8,888 bases of DNA from Candidatus Woesearchaeota archaeon (lineage in GTDB: Archaea; Nanobdellota; Nanobdellia; Woesearchaeales; DATGWN01). The stretch covers positions 1-8,888 of the forward strand of contig JBLKOV010000011.1 in assembly GCA_047603085.1 (NCBI GenBank). The letters run 5' to 3'. Below are positions 5,071 through 8,888 of this stretch, one piece after another (position 1 is the stretch's first letter; the number at the start of each line of letters is the position of its first letter). Made by a program: the position numbers and the translations under genes. The notes beneath the pieces were generated by a model that was not told the DNA's origin, searched no databases, and saw only the letters and a list, made by a program, of their open reading frames with translations.

Positions 5071-5834
5071 TTTTTCGTACCTATTGCTTGTATAGCTTCT
5101 TGTATGCCATTAAGTTGTATATTTAATTGTTCAACTGCTTGTTTTAAGACATCTTTTGCTTGCATTTGTCCCCAGGATTCTATTGTAAAGATGATATTAT
5201 CTTTACTGTGTTCAACAGTTGCATTTTCTGCATCAATTCTAGGATTTTGTACTTTTCCGTTTACAGAAAATACTTCTTGACTTTTCAAACCTAAAATGTC
5301 TTTTGGTAACACTTCTTGTTTTTTTGAACCAGTTACAACTACTGGCGCATATTGATAGTATGCATTTGCAGCTGACCATTTTGCATGTTCAACACCTTGA
5401 CCTAAAATAGCAGTAGCTTCAAGCTTGATGGACTGATCTTTGAGAAGCTTTACAATAACCATTTTTGGATATGCACATTTTACTGCAGGATCTTTTGATA
5501 CAAGATCTTCTGCATAAACTGTTTTTGGGCCTTCTGCTTCAAGTGTTAATTTTACTTCACATTCTGCTCTTGCAACTCCATCATCTGGAAATTCACTTCG
5601 CAGTTTATATTCTCCAATCGGAGTCGTTAAAGGAAGTAAACCTAATCTGTGTGCGATAACTTCATCGTATAATGCTGACGAATTTTCTTGAAATTCAACT
5701 TCTTCGATAGCAAGAGTTGGTACGAGACTGATAACTGATCGTCTTACCGCATTTACAAACGCAGGCGTAGTTTTTTCTATTGTAAAACTAAGAGTTGAGT
5801 TGTCCTTTGAATATGCGTGATTTTTTATCATCAT
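5067..5834 (-). CDS. rpoD: DNA-directed RNA polymerase subunit D (Rpo3)
   Basis: FTIEKTTPAFVNAVRRSVISLVPTLAIEEVEFQENSSALYDEVIAHRLGLLPL is the conserved Rpo3/RpoD dimerisation-domain signature. The gene sits in the canonical position after rps11. GAGGT lies 8 nt upstream of the ATG. Confidence 0.95.
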   Translation of the reverse strand: MMIKNHAYSKDNSTLSFTIEKTTPAFVNAVRRSVISLVPTLAIEEVEFQENSSALYDEVIAHRLGLLPLTTPIGEYKLRSEFPDDGVARAECEVKLTLEAEGPKTVYAEDLVSKDPAVKCAYPKMVIVKLLKDQSIKLEATAILGQGVEHAKWSAANAYYQYAPVVVTGSKKQEVLPKDILGLKSQEVFSVNGKVQNPRIDAENATVEHSKDNIIFTIESWGQMQAKDVLKQAVEQLNIQLNGIQEAIQAIGTKK

Positions 5835-5846
5835 TTTCAGTAACCT

Positions 5847-6290
5847 CTAAACCCTTCGGCCTCGTTTTCCACCTTTTTTTCGACAAGTATCGTGTGGTAA
5901 AGGAGTAACGTCTTCAATAATCCCTACTCGTAAGCCCATTCGAGATAGTGCTCGAACTGCAGCTTGTGCACCAGGACCTGGTGAATTCGGACCATTTTGA
6001 CCACCTTTAGCTCTAATTTTTACATGAATACCATTAATTCCTTTTTCCATTGCAATTTCTGCTGCTTTTTTAGCTGCTGCCATTGCTGCTGTTGGTGAGG
6101 ACTCCATTCTGTGTGATTTTACAACTTGTCCGCCTGATGCTAATGCGATAGTTTCTGTACCAGTAACATCTGTAATATGGATAACGGTGTTATTGTAGGA
6201 TGCAAAAATATGAACTACTCCCCATCTGATAGGGCCTTTTTTTGCTTCAACCTTTTTTTCAGGTTGTTCAATCATATCTTTCTTACTCAT
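5847..6290 (-). CDS. rps11: 30S ribosomal protein uS11 (S11P)
   Basis: [33 protein letters not shown]...[29 protein letters not shown] is typical uS11. The track starts it at a GTG (6299). I prefer the ATG at 6290-6288 (MSKKD...), which has AAGGTGA 6-8 nt upstream. Either start overlaps the 3' end of rps4. Confidence 0.93.
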   Translation of the reverse strand: MSKKDMIEQPEKKVEAKKGPIRWGVVHIFASYNNTVIHITDVTGTETIALASGGQVVKSHRMESSPTAAMAAAKKAAEIAMEKGINGIHVKIRAKGGQNGPNSPGPGAQAAVRALSRMGLRVGIIEDVTPLPHDTCRKKGGKRGRRV

Positions 6291-6957
6291 TCTTCTCACC
6301 TTCGTTTTCCGCAGATTCTTCTATTTTTACAGGCGTTTCTTCTTCAGCCGCTTCACTATTTTGTTCAGCGTCATCAGTTGGTGTTTTTTCATCTTTTTTC
6401 ACAGCCTTTGTTTCTTCTTTGATTTTCTTTGCTTCTTCAAGCTCAGGTATTTTTCGTTCAGGATGTTCTGCATCGACAAGAGGCGAACGAATAACGAATT
6501 CTATTTTCGATTCTTCACTCACAGGAACAATGTATCCTGGAGCATCAACAATTTTTCCATTTACTTTGATATGTTGGTGTGTAATAAATTGTCGTGCTTG
6601 TTTGATTGTTCGAGCAAGACCTTTTTTAAACACAAGTGTTTGTAATCGTCGATCTAAAGAATTCTCGACAGTCATACTCAAGATTGATGAAACATCACTT
6701 CCTTGTGGAAGGTAACCAAGTCTTTGAACTCGTGCAACTAATTGCTCTTGTTCTTTATCTGATTGTTGTGTTGACTGATAATTTAGTTTTTTATAGTGTC
6801 GTACAATTTTTTTAATTTGTGTATCGTGTCTGTAGACTTCTTGTTTATTTTTCAAACCATATTCTTTGCACAATTTTTTTTCAGTTTCAATTCGTGCTTT
6901 TTGCCAAGGATGTTGAGGCGTGGAATATTGTTTTTTTAATTTTTTACTATCTCCCAT
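6283..6957 (-). CDS. rps4: 30S ribosomal protein uS4 (S4P) with an acidic/lysine-rich C-terminal extension
   Basis: The N-terminus is [18 protein letters not shown]. An S4 RNA-binding domain follows ([44 protein letters not shown]). The canonical end is around [12 protein letters not shown], followed by about 56 extra residues. GAGGA lies 8 nt upstream of the ATG. Confidence 0.95.
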   Translation of the reverse strand: MGDSKKLKKQYSTPQHPWQKARIETEKKLCKEYGLKNKQEVYRHDTQIKKIVRHYKKLNYQSTQQSDKEQEQLVARVQRLGYLPQGSDVSSILSMTVENSLDRRLQTLVFKKGLARTIKQARQFITHQHIKVNGKIVDAPGYIVPVSEESKIEFVIRSPLVDAEHPERKIPELEEAKKIKEETKAVKKDEKTPTDDAEQNSEAAEEETPVKIEESAENEGEKNE

Positions 6958-6969
6958 TTTCCAATTCCT

Positions 6970-7425
6970 CTATTTCTTACCTTTTTTCGTAATATTTGAA
7001 CGTTTTGCTTTTGAACGTCTATGATTACTTTTCGTTTTTTGACCGCGAACAGTTAAGCCCCATTGATGGCGTAATCCTCTGTATGATTTTACTTTTTTGA
7101 GTCGTTTTAAGTCATTTTCAAATGTAAAATCAAGATCACCTGCAAGAATATGCATACTTTCTCCTGTTTCATAATCTTTTTGACGATTTTTCATCCATAC
7201 TGGGATTCCTTCACTTTTTGTGATAACGTTGTTGATCTTTGCAATTTTTTCTTCTGATAAGGATCCTAATTTATCGTTTAAATTAATATCACTTAATCGA
7301 CAGATAGTATTTGCTAAAGATTGTCCTATTCCTTTTATACCTTGAAGTGCAACAACCGCTGGTTTTTGACCATTTAAGTCATTGTTTGCAATTCGTACAA
7401 TGTATTTTATTTTTTGTTCTGACAT
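6970..7425 (-). CDS. rps13: 30S ribosomal protein uS13 (S13P)
   Basis: MSEQKIKYIVRIANNDLNGQKPAVVALQGIKGIGQSLANTICR... is the typical archaeal uS13 N-terminus. AGGTG lies 9 nt upstream of the ATG at 7425-7423. The extra 33 codons in the track ORF (to 7524) are hydrophobic and non-conserved in appearance, and I treat them as an in-frame artefact. Confidence 0.93.
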   Translation of the reverse strand: MSEQKIKYIVRIANNDLNGQKPAVVALQGIKGIGQSLANTICRLSDINLNDKLGSLSEEKIAKINNVITKSEGIPVWMKNRQKDYETGESMHILAGDLDFTFENDLKRLKKVKSYRGLRHQWGLTVRGQKTKSNHRRSKAKRSNITKKGKK

Positions 7426-7486
7426 AGCATAAACACCTTTTGTTATGGTTATGTGAACTATAAAGAAAAGTCTCTTACTTCTTTTC

Positions 7487-7555
7487 TTCATAATGTCACA
7501 GGTATATTTTTCCCTGCGAATCACACGTTCTACATTTTCATGCAGACATTATGAA
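7487..7555 (-). repeat. 11-bp perfect inverted repeat (47-nt spacer) in the leader of the rps13 operon
   Basis: Plus-strand TTCATAATGTC (7487-7497) is the exact reverse complement of GACATTATGAA (7545-7555). Inner complementary segments (CUGC/GCAG and CAGG/CCUG on the minus-strand RNA) allow further pairing. It lies inside the only long (188-nt) non-coding gap of the operon region. Confidence 0.6.
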
Positions 7556-7579
7556 CGCAATATTGAGATTTTGGAGTTA

Positions 7580-7587
7580 TTTATAAA
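7580..7587 (-). promoter_or_regulatory. Candidate TATA box for the rps13 operon
   Basis: TTTATAAA has AAACAAAACC upstream on the minus strand. It predicts a transcript start near 7555-7557, at the 5' arm of the inverted repeat, giving a leader of about 130 nt. A weaker TATA-like TTTATAG at about 7456-7462 is an alternative. Confidence 0.3.
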
Positions 7588-7613
7588 GGTTTTGTTTGTA
7601 TTTTTGAGAAAAA

Positions 7614-7689
7614 TGGGACGAATACCGGGAATTGAACCCGGACCTGAGGTTCCACAGACCTCTATGCTAGCCGCTACACCATATTCGTC
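7614..7689 (-). tRNA. tRNA-His (anticodon GUG) with encoded G-1 and 3' CCA
   Basis: Hand-folded from the reverse complement: G(-1) ACGAATA T G GTGT AGCGGCTA GCAT A GAGGT CTGTGGA ACCTC AGGT CCGGG TTCAATT CCCGG TATTCGT C CCA. All stems are complementary (the D stem uses G-U pairs). It has U33 and anticodon GTG. C73 lies opposite an encoded G-1, the histidine identity element, and CCA is encoded. Confidence 0.9.
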
Positions 7690-7719
7690 ATATTGATATA
7701 TGTATGAAAAAAGGACTCT

Positions 7720-7727
7720 TTTATAAA
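7720..7727 (-). promoter_or_regulatory. Candidate TATA box for tRNA-His
   Basis: TTTATAAA lies 30 nt upstream of G-1 and immediately after the stop codon of the upstream membrane-protein gene. The spacing implies a short 5' leader. Confidence 0.4.
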
Positions 7728-7732
7728 ATTTC

Positions 7733-8287
7733 TTACTTCTCGAGTTCTTCCGCTATATCTTCTTCGATACTGTATGTATATTCGTAGATAAAGAATTTTG
7801 CTAATAATAGGGGTGTAATGAATGAGAGAATATATATGGTTGCAAAGACAAAAGAAGGTCTTGGAAATACCATTAATTGTGGTAGTACGGCATACGAAAT
7901 AATGAAGATAAAACCTCCTCCAATGAGTGCAATGAATGGTATAATGATATGAAGTGCGATTTTATGGTGAATAAACCACGCGTGTTCTAAGTCTCGTATT
8001 ATAATTTCATATAAAAATCCAAAACAAAAACCAAGAAGACTTAATATAACATAAATGACAAAATTCGGCATAAATACGAGTAGTGGTACTACGGTAAACA
8101 TAATAATAAAATTACCTGCTAAAATGCTTATGAATAAAAACCACGGCATAATGGCATCTAAGAATTTGTGTTTGCGTGATTTATGCGAATGAGATTGTGA
8201 CATGACATACAATGCGTATTCAAGTTCTTTCTCAGTCCATCCTTTTTTACGCAATTTTTCTAATAAATGCGTATGGTGTTTGACCAT
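7733..8287 (-). CDS. Integral membrane protein, about 4 TM helices (184 aa), function unknown
   Basis: From M81 of the track ORF, a charged N-terminal helix (MVKHHTHLLEKLRKKGWTEKELEYAL) is followed by four hydrophobic segments and an acidic tail (SIEEDIAEELEK). The upstream 80 codons of the track ORF overlap a structured RNA gene and its terminator. TTTATAAA ends 22 nt upstream of this ATG. Confidence 0.7.
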   Translation of the reverse strand: MVKHHTHLLEKLRKKGWTEKELEYALYVMSQSHSHKSRKHKFLDAIMPWFLFISILAGNFIIMFTVVPLLVFMPNFVIYVILSLLGFCFGFLYEIIIRDLEHAWFIHHKIALHIIIPFIALIGGGFIFIISYAVLPQLMVFPRPSFVFATIYILSFITPLLLAKFFIYEYTYSIEEDIAEELEK

Positions 8288-8309
8288 AAGGATATACTGG
8301 TACTTTTTA

Positions 8310-8317
8310 TTTATAAA
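8310..8317 (-). promoter_or_regulatory. TATA box placed for a leaderless membrane-protein mRNA
   Basis: TTTATAAA is followed on the minus strand by exactly 22 nt and then the ATG at 8287. No Shine-Dalgarno motif lies in between, consistent with a leaderless archaeal transcript. Confidence 0.45.
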
Positions 8318-8333
8318 TGCTTGTATAAAAAAA

Positions 8334-8604
8334 GAGCAGACAGCCTCCATAGCCTGCAACATGAAAAAAAAGTGACCTCGTATATATCTCCTCGTTGCAA
8401 CCCTTAAAACATCGATTCTGTATCTTATAGCTGCTCGGTTCCCCGCCTGACTCGATTCAATACACAAACGACCAATAAGGACAACGTATCGACAATATAT
8501 ACAAGACTTTTTTTCCAACGTATACAAACACTGGAGTTTTCGGTTGTATCATATAGCCCAGTTATACAAGCGAAGGGGGCTGGCCTCCAAACCTAGTCTG
8601 CAAC
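8334..8604 (-). ncRNA. Signal recognition particle RNA (archaeal 7S / SRP RNA); ends approximate
   Basis: The minus strand reads GUCAGGCGGGGAACCGAGCAGC (plus 8430-8451). This is the helix-8 signature: conserved AGG/AGCAGC loop residues around a short stem capped by a GGAA tetraloop. The 5' GCAGAC (8601-8596) pairs with the 3' GUCUGC (8341-8336). A UAGG motif follows the 5' helix. Long helix-5-like pairing is present (GAAAAAAAGUCUUGUAUAUAU with AUAUAUACGAGGUCACUUUUUUUUC). The region is visibly more GC-rich than its surroundings. A TATA-like box lies upstream and a U7 tract (plus A-run 8327-8333) downstream. Confidence 0.78.
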
Positions 8605-8623
8605 GTGTTGAAAGTAAGAGATG

Positions 8624-8631
8624 TTTTTAAA
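8624..8631 (-). promoter_or_regulatory. TATA-like box for the SRP RNA gene
   Basis: TTTAAAAA on the minus strand lies 22 nt upstream of the GCAGAC that forms the terminal helix. Confidence 0.45.
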
Positions 8632-8659
8632 TCTATTGGGTTACTATAATCGTGCTAGT

Positions 8660-8690
8660 AAAATAAAAAAAGAGAAAATACCACTCTTTT
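8660..8690 (-). terminator. T-rich tract with a short hairpin after the partial upstream gene
   Basis: The minus strand reads AAGAGUGGUAUUUUCUCUUUUUUUAUUUU. A possible AAGAG/CUCUU stem is followed by U7AU4, about 20-50 nt after the TAA at 8711-8709. Confidence 0.3.
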
Positions 8691-8708
8691 GGCGGTATAT
8701 AGTATAGC

Positions 8709-8888
8709 TTATTTTGCAGATTCAGTTTTTTCAGCTTTTTTGTGTTGGATTTTTTCTTTTTTTGGTCGAGCGGCTGTTTTTCGTGCTGTTCCTTTTTTGA
8801 GAATAGTAAATCCTTCTTTTTCTAATGCTGCTTTAACGTCTTCTGTTTTTGCACCTTTTGCGATTTTTACAACTTTTGTTGTAGGTTC
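8709..8888 (-). CDS. 3' end of a gene running off the window (59 codons seen), with a lysine-rich basic tail; product unknown
   Basis: My own translation of the minus strand, in frame from 8888, gives EPTTKVVKIAKGAKTEDVKAALEKEGFTILKKGTARKTAARPKKEKIQHKKAEKTESAK*. The frame is open to the window edge and codon use resembles the neighbours. It is absent from the ORF track, presumably because it is short. Confidence 0.45.
   Translation of the reverse strand, partial: EPTTKVVKIAKGAKTEDVKAALEKEGFTILKKGTARKTAARPKKEKIQHKKAEKTESAK

Noticed and set aside
5067-5834. Whether RpoD carries the Fe-S cluster domain seen in some archaeal Rpo3 proteins
   Set aside because: The protein has only two cysteines, so no 4Fe-4S motif is possible. 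Cluster-free RpoD is common in archaea and not noteworthy.
4798-6715. Plus-strand ORFs 4798-5022, 4859-5095, 5050-5280, 5465-5659, 6177-6422, 6242-6715 and 6361-6645
   Set aside because: All lie antisense to confidently identified ribosomal or RNAP genes. Their F/S/L/C-rich low-complexity translations are what the reverse frames of Lys/Glu-rich genes produce.
7426-7696. N-terminal 33-codon extension of rps13 (to 7524) and plus-strand ORF 7493-7696
   Set aside because: The uS13 homology begins at MSEQKIKYIVRIA, which has its own AGGTG site. The extension (MKKRSKRLFFIVHITITKGVYA) would put a signal-peptide-like segment on a ribosomal protein. The plus-strand ORF runs antisense straight through the tRNA-His gene.
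8288-8527. First 80 codons of the 264-aa ORF 7733-8527
   Set aside because: They overlap the SRP RNA gene, its U7 terminator and a TATA box. The translation (Cys/Arg-rich, e.g. SCIYCRYVVLIGRLCIESSQAGNRAAIRYRIDVLR) is unlike the rest of the protein. M81 is correctly spaced from the TATA box.
8336-8608. Imperfect direct repeat (GCCTCCA..CCT..CTGCAAC[A/G]TG at about 8343-8363 and about 8583-8608), about 240 bp apart and flanking a GC-richer segment. Considered as att sites or a target-site duplication of an inserted element.
   Set aside because: Both copies lie inside the 5' and 3' terminal regions of the SRP RNA, and the GC enrichment is explained by the structured RNA. No integrase or transposase is nearby.
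1-8888. Search for CRISPR repeats, transposase or integrase genes, toxin-antitoxin pairs, restriction-modification genes or other defence genes
   Set aside because: No regularly spaced direct repeats were found. No ORF has recognisable nuclease, recombinase, methyltransferase (other than dphB) or ATPase motifs. Every long ORF is accounted for by housekeeping genes, the surface cassette or one membrane protein.

Overview
This is an AT-rich, very compact archaeal chromosome segment. The archaeal call rests on an archaea-specific gene set (eL18, RpoD/Rpo3, RpoN/Rpo10, diphthine synthase), TATA-type promoter boxes and GAGGT Shine-Dalgarno sites. It plausibly comes from a small-genome lineage such as DPANN, but that is inference only.

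The minus strand from 2253 to 7425 is one tightly packed operon in the classical archaeal order rps13-rps4-rps11-rpoD-rpl18e-rpl13-rps9-rpoN. It is extended by dphB, a 55-aa ORF missing from the ORF track, and a proline-rich coiled-coil protein. tRNA-His(GUG) lies upstream of it and tRNA-Gln(UUG) downstream.

Further upstream on the minus strand there are three more units. One is a 4-TM membrane protein, with a likely true start at 8287 and an apparently leaderless transcript. One is an SRP (7S) RNA gene at about 8334-8604, which the ORF track misreads as the N-terminus of a 264-aa ORF. The last is the 3' end of another gene (8709-8888).

The only accessory-looking part is the plus-strand cassette 99-1977, three genes with overlapping stop/start codons (TTGA, ATGA). 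They encode a secreted glycine-rich protein, a membrane-anchored protein built from seven C-x10/11-C repeats, and an 88-aa secreted protein that is a stand-alone copy of the N-terminal module of the first. I recognise no family for these. The cassette is the best candidate for something undescribed, perhaps a surface or host-contact module, but nothing in the sequence proves a function.

I saw no CRISPR array, transposase, integrase, toxin-antitoxin pair or recognisable defence gene.
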